Positions 28,087 through 37,864 of a DNA stretch of 64,000 bases are shown piece after piece (position 1 is the stretch's first letter; the number at the start of each line of letters is the position of its first letter). The notes beneath the pieces were generated by a model. That model saw only the letters and a list, made by a program, of their open reading frames with translations. It did no database searches and had not been told where the DNA came from. Location of the stretch: assembly GCA_964418255.1 (NCBI GenBank), contig CAYQKV010000005.1, forward strand, positions 16,956 through 80,955, read 5' to 3'. A program made the translations under genes and the position numbers. Source of the stretch: an uncultured Christensenella sp. (GTDB taxonomy: Bacteria > Bacillota > Clostridia > Christensenellales > DTU072).

Positions 28087-29211
28087 CTAATTTATGTATT
28101 TCTTTAATCTATAATATTCTAAATTAAAGTATTTTTTGAAATATTCGATGTCGTTTTCAGAAGTAAAACGCGAGAAACTTATCCTAATTATGCCATTTTC
28201 GTATTCGGTAGATAATCCGAGTATTGTAGGCAATCTTTTATGACTTTTTTTACTTGAACACGCGCTTCCCGTTCCGATAAATATATCATATTTTTCAATA
28301 GAATGTAATATTACTTCTCCTCTTACGCGCGGCATAACAGCGCATAAAATATACGGAGATTGATTTTCAGATGTAACCGTAAGTATTCCGTTTTCTTTGA
28401 AATAATCCAAAAGATTGTCTCTTAACGCCGAAACTTTTTCAAAAGAATCCGCGCATTTTTCTACGGCTTGCTCAACGGCTGCGCCGAACGCCATTATGCC
28501 GCCGACGTTTTCCGTAGACGAACGCAATCCGAATTCCTGTCCGCCTCCGTAAATTAAAGGTTTTATGCTAATACCCTCTCTGATGTACAACCCCGCTACT
28601 CCCTTTATTCCGTGAATTTTATGTCCGCTTACGGTATATAAATCCACGCCCAAATCGTTTAGCGATACTTTTATCTTTCCGACAGCCTGCACGCCGTCAG
28701 AGTGAAAAATTACGTCGGGGTTTTTCTCTTTTGCGATTTTGCACAGTTTTTTTATATCGTTTACGCATCCTGTTTCATTATTGACGTGCATAATAGAAAC
28801 AAGCGAGGTATTCTCAGTTACCAACTCGGAAAATTTTTCTTCTTTGACTCTTCCTGTTTCGTCCACGTCGCAGAAAACCACGTCGTACCCTCTTTGTTTC
28901 AATTCCATTGCCGCATTATAAACGGCAGGATGCTCGCTCGCCGATACGATTATTCGCGAATTTTTCGCTTTCTTTGCGCCGAACAATGCTAAATTATCGC
29001 TTTCCGAACCGCTCGAAGTGAAAATAAAACGTCCTTTCCCCTTCAATATTCCGAGTATTTTTTCGCGAACGCTTTTTATTTCATTCGCTACGCATAAAGA
29101 CGGATGATAAGGCGCGGACGGATTGAAGAAATTTTCCGTCTGGTATCTGTCGAATATTTTCACAAATTCGGGCAAAACGTTCGTAGTACCCGCATTATCG
29201 AGATAAACCAT
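28087..29211 (-). CDS. Cysteine desulfurase (NifS/IscS class V aminotransferase)
   Basis: The protein begins MVYLDNAGTT and has the PLP lysine in SGHKIHG and the active-site Cys in GSACSS. It is adjacent to thiI. Confidence 0.9.
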   Translation of the reverse strand: MVYLDNAGTTNVLPEFVKIFDRYQTENFFNPSAPYHPSLCVANEIKSVREKILGILKGKGRFIFTSSGSESDNLALFGAKKAKNSRIIVSASEHPAVYNAAMELKQRGYDVVFCDVDETGRVKEEKFSELVTENTSLVSIMHVNNETGCVNDIKKLCKIAKEKNPDVIFHSDGVQAVGKIKVSLNDLGVDLYTVSGHKIHGIKGVAGLYIREGISIKPLIYGGGQEFGLRSSTENVGGIMAFGAAVEQAVEKCADSFEKVSALRDNLLDYFKENGILTVTSENQSPYILCAVMPRVRGEVILHSIEKYDIFIGTGSACSSKKSHKRLPTILGLSTEYENGIIRISFSRFTSENDIEYFKKYFNLEYYRLKKYIN

Positions 29212-29650
29212 TTGCACTCCCTTCGGCAATCAATGCGTACATATATTTATCCGGCGTAACAAAAATGTTTTTCCTGTCACACTCGTTTTTTATCAGTACT
29301 TTTATACTATCTCTGCCGCTTTTTATCGAATAATCTATTGTATTTTCAGGTAAAAAATCTACTTTTTCAACCGCAATACTTCTGCAATCCACACTTTCAA
29401 GGCATTTCTCTTCTCCGTCCAAAGAAATAAACGTAACCTTGAAAATTCCGTTATGCCACGAATATTCCAGCGTATAAACGCTTTTTTTCGCCAGATTATC
29501 AAAGACGATGGACAACGCAATACATACGGGAATGCCTGTGGCAAAATACGGACTTAATAAAAACGCAAGAAACACCAATACAACCGTCAATACTCTGCAA
29601 ACGGGTGAAGCGAATATGCCGAAACGATACAATGCTCGATTTTCCTCCAT
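29195..29650 (-). CDS. Hypothetical small membrane protein (2 TM plus a beta-rich soluble domain)
   Basis: The ORF sits in the operon in the sense orientation. The internal ATG at 29650 avoids an overlap with mutS2. I recognise no family motif. Confidence 0.5.
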   Translation of the reverse strand: MEENRALYRFGIFASPVCRVLTVVLVFLAFLLSPYFATGIPVCIALSIVFDNLAKKSVYTLEYSWHNGIFKVTFISLDGEEKCLESVDCRSIAVEKVDFLPENTIDYSIKSGRDSIKVLIKNECDRKNIFVTPDKYMYALIAEGSANGLSR

Positions 29651-29669
29651 TCTAAATTCCAGTCTGTAA

Positions 29670-32021
29670 TCACTTAAAATACGCAACGGTAACTCCTCTT
29701 CCGCCTTCACCGTACTCACCGGGTCTGAACGATTCAATTTCTTTCCGTGTTTTAAGATAATTCTGGACGGTTTTTCGCAAAATACCCTCTCCGTATCCGT
29801 GAATAATACGGATTTCGTGCAATCCGACTCTGCTCGCTTTATCTATATATTCTTCCAATGCTTTTTCCGCTTCGAGCGCTGTTTTTCCTATCAGATTTAT
29901 TTCGGGAGAAACCTGCTCGTTGAAAAGCGCGCGCCTGCCTTCTTTTTTCTCCGATTCCTTCTTTTCTGCGGGTTTTAAGCGGGTAAGTTCTGTTATCTTA
30001 GCGTTGCAACTCATTTTACCGAGTTTGACTTTTGCGTCGCCTTTTATGGGATTTATCGACAAAACTTCGCCCTCTGCGTTTAAGTTCTTGACCAAAACCC
30101 TGTCTCCGACGGAAATTTCACCGCTAATTTCTTCGCCCATTCCCTGAAATTCGTTGTCTTCGGCTATTACAAATTTTTTCAACGATTTCCTCAGTTTTTG
30201 CGCAAGAAAAACATCGGATTCCGACGGGTCGTCCAGTAATGCCCGCATTTTATCGATAATTTCGTTCGCTTCCGCCATAGCTTCCTCTACGAGTCTTTTC
30301 GTCTCGCGCCTCACGCTTACATTTAGTCTTTCTCGCTGAGCGAACAGTTTTTCCCTCTCTTTTTCCGCCTCTTTTTTTATTTCCGATGCTTCTTCCCGCA
30401 TTTTTTCGCTCTCTTCGCGGTTTATTTCCGCTTCGCGACGCGCTACTTCCAAAGATTTCAATACGTTTTCGAAATCGAATTTGCGGTTTCCTATGCCGTT
30501 TCTCGCGATTTGAAGTATTTCATCGTTCAATCCGAGTTTTTCCGCTATAAGTAAAGCGTTCGACGCGCCCGGAGTACCTATTATTAGTTTATAAGTGGGC
30601 GAATAAGTGGACGGGTTGAAATCCATAGACGCGTTCTGCACGCGCTCCGTAACCACGGCGTACTCTTTGAATTCGTTGTAATGCGTCGTAATAACGGCTT
30701 TCGCGCCTTTTTTCAGTATATATTGCGCTATCCCGAGAGCAAGCGCGGCGCCCTCTGTCGGGTCTGTTCCCGCACCCAATTCGTCAAGCAAAATCAGGCT
30801 GTTTTCCGTCATTTCACCGATAATTCGCACTACGTTTGTCATATGCGACGAAAAAGTACTAAGGCTCTGTTCTATACTTTGCTCATCGCCTATATCGCAG
30901 AAAACGCTGTCTGCGCAAGCAAGTTCCGCATAAAGCGCAGGCACGAAAACTCCGCTCATTCCGATAAGTTCGATTATACCTATCAGTTTAAGGCAAACCG
31001 TTTTCCCTCCCGTGTTCGGACCCGTAATGAGAAGCATATCGAAGTCCTGCCCGACTCGTATATCGTTGGGGATAACTCTGTCCGCCGCAATAAGCGGATG
31101 TCTTCCTTTTCTTATATCTATATTGTTGTTTGCTCCGAATATCGGTTTAACGCCTTTAATCGAATTTCCGTAATATGCCTTTGCAAAAATGACGTCAAGC
31201 TCTACGATAACGCCCAAAGTATATCTCAACACTCCGGTTTCTTCGCTTACTCTGAATGTAAATTCGCGTAAAATTCGTTCTATTTCTCTTTCTTCTTCGA
31301 TAAGCAATTCTTTTAGGTCGTTATTCATTTCCACGATTGCAAACGGTTCGACGTACAAAGTAGCTCCCGAAGAACTTTGGTCGTGTATAAGCCCCGGTAT
31401 CATACCCTTGTATTCGGCTTTAAGCGGAATTACGTACCTGTCCGAACGAACTGTTACTATGTTATCCTGCAAATATTTTGTGTATGCCGAACTTGTGACG
31501 TAGCTATTTAACTTAGCCTTGATATTTTCCCCTTTTTTACGGATTTTGTCGCGGATATTTTTCAATTCGTGCGAAGCTTCGTCGCTCATCTCCGTATCCG
31601 ACAGAATGGATTTATCTATATCGCCCGAAAGTTTTTTATCTGTAAAAAGAGTTTTCGCCATAGTTTTAAGCAAAGTAACGCCTTCGTCGGGAACGCCGAG
31701 AATCTGCGATTGCAATGCAGAAGAAACTCTGAGGACGCGGCTTATTTTAAGTAAGTCCTGCATTGTGAGCATACTTAAAACGTCCGCGCTCGACAATGCG
31801 GCTGTTATATCGTCAAAATTAAGAGACGGATTTATCGCATATTCAAACAATAATTTATCCGCTTCTTCCGTTTTATTAAGTTCTCTTATAATCTCTTCTC
31901 TCGTTGTATACGGGCGCATTGCAAGCACTTTTTCTTTTGCCGGCGCGCTCGCCGCGAACAAGGCTATTTTTTGCAAGATTTTATCATATTCGAGAGTTTT
32001 TATCGTTCTTTCGCTAATCAC
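29670..32021 (-). CDS. mutS2: Endonuclease MutS2 (MutS ATPase plus Smr domain)
   Basis: It has Walker A GPNTGGKT, DELGAGTDP, a coiled-coil region and a C-terminal Smr domain (IIHGYGEGILR). Confidence 0.93.
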   Translation of the reverse strand: MISERTIKTLEYDKILQKIALFAASAPAKEKVLAMRPYTTREEIIRELNKTEEADKLLFEYAINPSLNFDDITAALSSADVLSMLTMQDLLKISRVLRVSSALQSQILGVPDEGVTLLKTMAKTLFTDKKLSGDIDKSILSDTEMSDEASHELKNIRDKIRKKGENIKAKLNSYVTSSAYTKYLQDNIVTVRSDRYVIPLKAEYKGMIPGLIHDQSSSGATLYVEPFAIVEMNNDLKELLIEEEREIERILREFTFRVSEETGVLRYTLGVIVELDVIFAKAYYGNSIKGVKPIFGANNNIDIRKGRHPLIAADRVIPNDIRVGQDFDMLLITGPNTGGKTVCLKLIGIIELIGMSGVFVPALYAELACADSVFCDIGDEQSIEQSLSTFSSHMTNVVRIIGEMTENSLILLDELGAGTDPTEGAALALGIAQYILKKGAKAVITTHYNEFKEYAVVTERVQNASMDFNPSTYSPTYKLIIGTPGASNALLIAEKLGLNDEILQIARNGIGNRKFDFENVLKSLEVARREAEINREESEKMREEASEIKKEAEKEREKLFAQRERLNVSVRRETKRLVEEAMAEANEIIDKMRALLDDPSESDVFLAQKLRKSLKKFVIAEDNEFQGMGEEISGEISVGDRVLVKNLNAEGEVLSINPIKGDAKVKLGKMSCNAKITELTRLKPAEKKESEKKEGRRALFNEQVSPEINLIGKTALEAEKALEEYIDKASRVGLHEIRIIHGYGEGILRKTVQNYLKTRKEIESFRPGEYGEGGRGVTVAYFK

Positions 32022-34393
32022 TTTATACCTCTCGTCAAATGTAGTTTGTTTGTCCCTTGCGGTTTATACTCTTGTTTTGCGTAATATAACGATAAGATTT
32101 TCTTTATTGTCTGTTCGTTGCTCATAGTAAAATCGAAATACTTTTTCGTTTCGTAAGTATTCCCTATATCTGTCAGAATTCCGTTGTGCAAAATATGCTC
32201 GCAATATCCGTCGAATTTTTGCGTAGTTATCGGATATTCTCCCTTTTCGTCTGTATATTTCAAATCGCCGCCGCATTCTTCGCAAATCTGTCCCGCAACT
32301 TTTCTCGGACAAAAATTAAGATGCATAAGCGGCAGGTATCCGTACGCGTAAACTATCGGATTATTAAATTTCTTTACGTCGGCATACCGAAGTTCTGTAG
32401 ATACAATATATCCGCAACTGTTTTTTATAAGCCAATTCTTTGTGTTTGTTATATTGAGATTAACGCCGCAAAGGAGAAGTTTTTTCAGTTTTTGAGCGAT
32501 ATAAACTCCGCCGATATTGTCCGCGGCTACTCCGTCGAAAATCGAAATAAGTTTTTCGAAAAACTCTTCTTTCGACGTGGGAACGTAAATAGGCAATTTA
32601 ATAAAAATCAGATTATCGTCTCTTTTTACTTCATCATAGAACTTTTTGCACTCGTCTTCGGTAAATGCATACGGACTGTAAACGATATTCTTCACCTTAG
32701 AAGCAGCTTGCGCTTTGCTTATCGAGTCGACCTCGCAGAAGTCTCCTTCCACGTATCGCGACGTTTCTTCTCCGTATTTTGGGATAGGTTTTTCTTTGAA
32801 AATCTTTTCGGTTCTTTCGTAATAACCCAACAAAAATCTCCATACGTTGTCGAGTGCGTCGCGGCGTAGCTGATTAAGTTGCGCTTTGGTCAAAAAAGCG
32901 TTGTAAAGTTGTATATCCGTGATTATAAACCTTACTTCTCTTACCCTGCTTCCCTCAAAAAGATTTCTTATTTCTTCTTCGGTTATAGGTTGGTTCATTG
33001 CAAACTGCGCATAATCGCGCCCGCAGAACTCAAACCTGTTACCGCATATATTCATTACGATATGCGGTCTTTCTCCGCACGCAATTCTAACGGTAATAAA
33101 AATGTTCTTTCGTTTCTTTCTTTCGCATACGAATTTAGCAAGCTCCGCGTCGTTCGTAAGTCTGACAACGTCTCCCACTTTAAGATGCATATTCGATTTA
33201 ATCACGGAAAAACCGTTCTTATATTCTCCCGTCGCCACTGCGCCGCCTACTTCCATCCGGTTTCGAAGAATTTTGTATCCGTTTTCCACCTGTAAAGGCT
33301 CTTCGGAAACGACGTAAGCTTTGTTGTCTCCTATTAAATGCACGACTTTTCCCGCATACACTCCTATATGGTTCGGCTGTCCGGTATATATTACGTTTTT
33401 GTCCTCGAAATAACCCGCGGTGTAATCGCCTCTGTTAAAAAGCACTTTTACGTCTTCCGCGGTGTAAATAGGGTCGACATTTCTTTTTACGTCGGAATAC
33501 AGCATAGTTATGCCGCCGACGTATTCGGGTCTTTTAAGCCTACCTTCGATTTTCAGAGACGCTACGCCTATATCAACAAGGTCGTCTATGTGTTTATCTA
33601 GACAAATATCTTTCGCGCTTAAAAGATACCCTTTCGAAGTTTGTTTTCCATCGATATAGGATTTATAATACTGCCGACATAACTGATTACATTTTCCGCG
33701 GTTCGCGCTGTTTCCCGTAAGCATAGAAGAAAGCAGGCATCCGCCTGAAAAACAGGAACAAAGCGCGCCGTGTACGAACACTTCGGTATCTATCGCCAAA
33801 GTATCGGTAACGTGCCTTATGTCTTGAAAATTCATTTCCCGACTGAGCACGGCGCGGTTAAATCCCATTTCTTTGAGAAAACTCATTCCCCAGGAGTTAT
33901 GCGCGCCAAGCTGCGTACTTGCGTGTAACGCCGCTTTCGAATGACGGCGTATTATGGGAACAAGCGCAAGGTCACAGATAATAAACGCGTCGATATTTGC
34001 TTCTTCAGCCTCTTCTATTACTTCAGGAATTCTGAAAATTTCCGAGTTAGTGAAACAAATATTCAACGCAAGATACGCCTTTACGTTATAAAAATGACAA
34101 AAGTCGACTACTTCTTTTAACGAATCGAAATTGTCGCCGCCCGCTCGCGCGTTAAACTCCTTATAGCCGAAGTATATCGCGTTTGCGCCGCCGTAAATCG
34201 CCTGTTTATAGGTGTTGCGGTTCGCGGGCGCAAGAATTTCCGTAGTATCTTCGTTTTTTACGCTGAAATTTTTATAGTCGCCGAAATCGAAGAGACTTTT
34301 CGATACGGACTCTCCTTCATAAGTGTCGAACGATTCTTCAACGTAAGGAAACGCTGTTTTTCTTGCGTCAACGTAAGATAATACTTCTTCCAC
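32018..34393 (-). CDS. Peptidase U32 family protein (long form)
   Basis: It has a U32 signature-like EVFVHGALCSCFSGGCLLSS, plus LKIEGRLKRPEY. It has long N- and C-terminal extensions. Confidence 0.85.
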   Translation of the reverse strand: MEEVLSYVDARKTAFPYVEESFDTYEGESVSKSLFDFGDYKNFSVKNEDTTEILAPANRNTYKQAIYGGANAIYFGYKEFNARAGGDNFDSLKEVVDFCHFYNVKAYLALNICFTNSEIFRIPEVIEEAEEANIDAFIICDLALVPIIRRHSKAALHASTQLGAHNSWGMSFLKEMGFNRAVLSREMNFQDIRHVTDTLAIDTEVFVHGALCSCFSGGCLLSSMLTGNSANRGKCNQLCRQYYKSYIDGKQTSKGYLLSAKDICLDKHIDDLVDIGVASLKIEGRLKRPEYVGGITMLYSDVKRNVDPIYTAEDVKVLFNRGDYTAGYFEDKNVIYTGQPNHIGVYAGKVVHLIGDNKAYVVSEEPLQVENGYKILRNRMEVGGAVATGEYKNGFSVIKSNMHLKVGDVVRLTNDAELAKFVCERKKRKNIFITVRIACGERPHIVMNICGNRFEFCGRDYAQFAMNQPITEEEIRNLFEGSRVREVRFIITDIQLYNAFLTKAQLNQLRRDALDNVWRFLLGYYERTEKIFKEKPIPKYGEETSRYVEGDFCEVDSISKAQAASKVKNIVYSPYAFTEDECKKFYDEVKRDDNLIFIKLPIYVPTSKEEFFEKLISIFDGVAADNIGGVYIAQKLKKLLLCGVNLNITNTKNWLIKNSCGYIVSTELRYADVKKFNNPIVYAYGYLPLMHLNFCPRKVAGQICEECGGDLKYTDEKGEYPITTQKFDGYCEHILHNGILTDIGNTYETKKYFDFTMSNEQTIKKILSLYYAKQEYKPQGTNKLHLTRGIK

Positions 34394-36746
34394 TCAAATT
34401 TTCCAATACAGTTTTTATTTCTTCGTTTACTTCTTCGTCTTTGAGCGTTCTGTTAAGGTCTCTGAACGTCAGATTAACCGCAACGCTCTTCTTTCCCGCG
34501 GGTATTTGTCCGCCGGAATACACGTCGAACACTTCCGCTTTTTCCAGTATTTCGGAACAGGATTTTCTTATCACCGAAATAATTTCCGCAGCGGGCACGC
34601 TTTCGGGCGCAAGCAACGCGATATCCCTTTCCATTCCCTGATAACGGCTGAAAGGTTTGAAAGGCTTTATATCCCTTCCGACGGCGGAAATAAATTCTTC
34701 GTCGAGTTCCGCAACGTACACCCTGCCGTCGTAATCGAAATTTTCGTTTACGTCGGGATGAACTTCGCCTAAAAACCCTACTTTTCTGTCTCCCGCATAA
34801 ATATAAGCGCTTCTTCCGGGATGAAGAAAAACTTCATCCGCCCTTTTATATTCGATTTCTATACCGAATATATCGAAAATATCGTCAATAACGCCTTTAA
34901 TCGTATAATAATTCTCGTTTGTTCCGTAAAAACCTATCGCAAGTTTCGCTTTCTCTTCGGGCAGTTCGGTTAAGGGCATTTGCAAAGGCAAATAAGTGTT
35001 TCCTATTTCAAAAAATCTTGCCGCTTTATTCCCTCTCTTAAAGTTGTATTCGATGGTTTTCAACATACTGTAAACGAGGTTCGTTCTCATTACGCTCATA
35101 TCCGCGCCTATCGGATTACGTATTTCTATCGTTTTACGCAACGGCGAATTTTCGGGTAAATTAAGCGCGTTGAGCGATTTCGGCGACACAAACGCATAAG
35201 AAACCGTCTCGAACGCCCCTTTGCCTACAAGTATTTCACGGATTTTTTCCGTTCTGAGTTGTTTATCGCTCATTCCTCCTCGACAAACGCTGACCAATCT
35301 CGGCTCGACGACGTCGTAACCGTAAATTCTGATAACTTCTTCGGTAAGGTCGTTTACTCCGTAAATATCTTCTCTGTACGGAGGGACAACGCTTGTAAGA
35401 GTATCTCCGTCTGCCGTCGTCGAAATATCCAGCCTGTTAAGGATACCGATTATCGCGTCTTTTTCGAGCTTAACTCCGATAATATCGTTGATTTCGTTGT
35501 AATTATATTTTAATACGGTTTTATCGTTCTTTGTTTCGCGTAAATCGAATACTCCTCCGACGATTTTTCCCCATTTATACTTATAAAACAGCGATAAAGC
35601 GCGTTTTAGTCCCAGTTCCTGAGAATAAAAATCAATTCCTTTTTCGTATCTTGCGGAAGAATCGGAATGAAGCCCCAAGTCTCTTGCCGTATGTCTTATG
35701 CTGTCTCTTGCAAAACGCGCGCTTTCGAGTATAACCGTGCTCGTCGTATCGCATATCGAAGAGTATTCGCCGCCCATTACCCCTGCAATGGCAACGGGTT
35801 TTTCCGCGTCGCAAATCGCAAGCTGCTCTTTTTTCAAAGAATATTCTTTCCCGTCGAGCGCAACGATTTTTTCCCCTTCGTTTGCATTCCTTATTATAAT
35901 CTTCCTACCGGCGAGATTATTGAGGTCGAATGCGTGCATAGGTTGCCCTATTTCCGTAAGAACGTAGTTGGTAACGTCTACAAGGTTGTTTATCGGTCTT
36001 ATTCCCACCGCTTTCAATCTGTCGCGAATAATTTTCGGCGATTGCGTTTCCACCACATCAATTACCGCTTTTGCCATATACCTCGGGCAAAGCGCGTAAT
36101 TCTTGTTTTCGACGTCGATATAATCGGTAATCGAACCTTCCGTTTCTTCGTAACTTAAATCGGGCATTCTTAGCGGTTTGTTCATTACAGCCGCCACTTC
36201 GCGGGCTACGCCGAGAATACTGTTGCAATCGGGTCTGTTAGCGGTTACCGCGACGTCGAGGACGATTTCGTTGTTTCCTATCACGTCGTTTATATCTTCT
36301 CCTACGCGTTCCTCTTCTTTAAGTATCAGAATTCCGTATACGCCTGCACCGGGATAATCGTCTTCCACGAGTCCGAGTTCCTCGCCCGAACAAAGCATAC
36401 CGCAACTCATTACGCCTCGGAGTTCTCCGCTTTTAATATGTTTTCCGTCGGGAAGAACTGCGCCATCAAGCGCAACCGGCACTTTATCGCCTTTTTTAAC
36501 GTTCTGCGCTCCCGTAACGATTTGCAGGACTTCCTTCCCCGTGTTTACGAGACATATATTGAGGTGGTCGCTGTCTTTATGTTTTTCTATACTTTCAACC
36601 TTGCCGACGACTACGTTTTTAATATTGTCGCGTAAGTTTATATATTCTTCGATTTCAAACCCTGCGGAAACAAGCCTGTCCCCGAGTTCCTGTGCCGAAA
36701 TATCTATATCGACAAATTCTTTTATCCAACCGAAAGGTACTTTCAT
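34368..36746 (-). CDS. pheT: Phenylalanine--tRNA ligase beta subunit
   Basis: The N-terminus is MKVPFGWIKEF, followed by tRNA-binding, B3/4, B5 and FDX-ACB regions. The ATG at 36746 has an AGGAGG SD. Confidence 0.95.
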   Translation of the reverse strand: MKVPFGWIKEFVDIDISAQELGDRLVSAGFEIEEYINLRDNIKNVVVGKVESIEKHKDSDHLNICLVNTGKEVLQIVTGAQNVKKGDKVPVALDGAVLPDGKHIKSGELRGVMSCGMLCSGEELGLVEDDYPGAGVYGILILKEEERVGEDINDVIGNNEIVLDVAVTANRPDCNSILGVAREVAAVMNKPLRMPDLSYEETEGSITDYIDVENKNYALCPRYMAKAVIDVVETQSPKIIRDRLKAVGIRPINNLVDVTNYVLTEIGQPMHAFDLNNLAGRKIIIRNANEGEKIVALDGKEYSLKKEQLAICDAEKPVAIAGVMGGEYSSICDTTSTVILESARFARDSIRHTARDLGLHSDSSARYEKGIDFYSQELGLKRALSLFYKYKWGKIVGGVFDLRETKNDKTVLKYNYNEINDIIGVKLEKDAIIGILNRLDISTTADGDTLTSVVPPYREDIYGVNDLTEEVIRIYGYDVVEPRLVSVCRGGMSDKQLRTEKIREILVGKGAFETVSYAFVSPKSLNALNLPENSPLRKTIEIRNPIGADMSVMRTNLVYSMLKTIEYNFKRGNKAARFFEIGNTYLPLQMPLTELPEEKAKLAIGFYGTNENYYTIKGVIDDIFDIFGIEIEYKRADEVFLHPGRSAYIYAGDRKVGFLGEVHPDVNENFDYDGRVYVAELDEEFISAVGRDIKPFKPFSRYQGMERDIALLAPESVPAAEIISVIRKSCSEILEKAEVFDVYSGGQIPAGKKSVAVNLTFRDLNRTLKDEEVNEEIKTVLENLSGRSIILR

Positions 36747-36756
36747 CTTATGCCTC

Positions 36757-37785
36757 CTACTTATACTGTTTGAGAAAACGCGCGTCGTTTTCAAACAGAA
36801 TTCTTATATCGGGTATGCCGAATTTAAGCATAGCGCATCTTTCTATTCCTATACCGAACGCATATCCGCTGTATTCTTTGGAATCTATGCCGCAATTATC
36901 CAAAACCACGGGATTGACAATTCCCGCGCCGAGAACCTCTATCCACCCCGTGCCTTTACACAATCTGCAACCTTTTCCTTTACACATAAAGCAACTTACG
37001 TCCATTTCGACGCTCGGCTCGGTAAACGGGAAATATGAAGGTCTCAATCTTGTTTTCGTGTCGCTCCCGAAGAATTTACGCGCAAATTCATCGAGGCAGC
37101 CTTTCAAATCTCCGAGCGAAACGTTTTCTTTTTTATCGATAACCAATCCTTCCATCTGATGAAACATCGGAGAATGGGTCGCGTCGTCGTCCGCTCTGAA
37201 AACTTTACCCGGGCAGATAATTCTGATAGGCGGTTTTGTGGTCAACATCGTTCTTGCCTGAACGGCGGAAGTCTGCGTTCTCAGAAGAAAATTATCAGTG
37301 ATATAAAACGTATCCTGCATATCCCGCGACGGATGGTCGGCGGGAATGTTGAGAAGTTGAAAATTATAGTAGTCGGATTCGATTTCCGGACCCTCTTCCA
37401 CTGAAAAGCCCATTCCGACGAAAGCGTTTACGAGCATATTTTTCGCAATGGTAAGCGGATGAAGCGCGCCCACTCTTTCATCGTGCGCAAGAGAAAGAGT
37501 AACGTCTATCTCCTCTTCTTTTAATTTTTTTGCCTTTATTTTTTCATTAAACGCCTTTTCCGCACTCGACAAAGCCGTTTCTATTTTTTGTCTCAGTTCG
37601 TTGATTTTCTTTCCCAAACCGGGCTTTTCCTCTGCGGAACAGTTTTTCAGTCTTTTAAGCAGTTCGGTCACTTCGCCGTTTTTCCCGAGATACTTTACTC
37701 TGAGCCCGTTCAAATCGCTCAAAGTATCCGCGGCGGCGATTTTTTCTCCGAACGCGTCGAAAATCTGTTTAATTCTCTGTAACAT
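36757..37785 (-). CDS. pheS: Phenylalanine--tRNA ligase alpha subunit
   Basis: It has class II motifs (YFPFTEPSVEMDV, AFGIGIERCAML). Confidence 0.95.
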   Translation of the reverse strand: MLQRIKQIFDAFGEKIAAADTLSDLNGLRVKYLGKNGEVTELLKRLKNCSAEEKPGLGKKINELRQKIETALSSAEKAFNEKIKAKKLKEEEIDVTLSLAHDERVGALHPLTIAKNMLVNAFVGMGFSVEEGPEIESDYYNFQLLNIPADHPSRDMQDTFYITDNFLLRTQTSAVQARTMLTTKPPIRIICPGKVFRADDDATHSPMFHQMEGLVIDKKENVSLGDLKGCLDEFARKFFGSDTKTRLRPSYFPFTEPSVEMDVSCFMCKGKGCRLCKGTGWIEVLGAGIVNPVVLDNCGIDSKEYSGYAFGIGIERCAMLKFGIPDIRILFENDARFLKQYK

Positions 37786-37813
37786 TTGTTCGCTCCTCTT
37801 ATGAATTCGTATT

Positions 37814-37842
37814 ATTATATCATTTTGAATTATTAAAGTCTA
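37814..37842 (-). promoter_or_regulatory. Candidate extended -10 promoter for pheST
   Basis: On the - strand, TAGACT, a 17-nt spacer, then TGaTATAAT. It lies within the 79-nt gap and leaves a short leader. Confidence 0.5.
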
Positions 37843-37864
37843 TGAATTAAGCGCATTCTCCTCT

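Noticed and set aside
29772-29785. A 14-nt match (TTTTCGCAAAATAC) to the left arm plus spacer of the 16251 palindrome.
   Set aside because: It lies inside the mutS2 Smr-domain coding sequence and has no inverted partner nearby. It is probably coincidental.
37786-37864. A T-box leader upstream of pheS.
   Set aside because: Only 79 nt separate pheS from the upstream stop codon. That gap holds a promoter-like element and a short leader, which is too short for a T-box.
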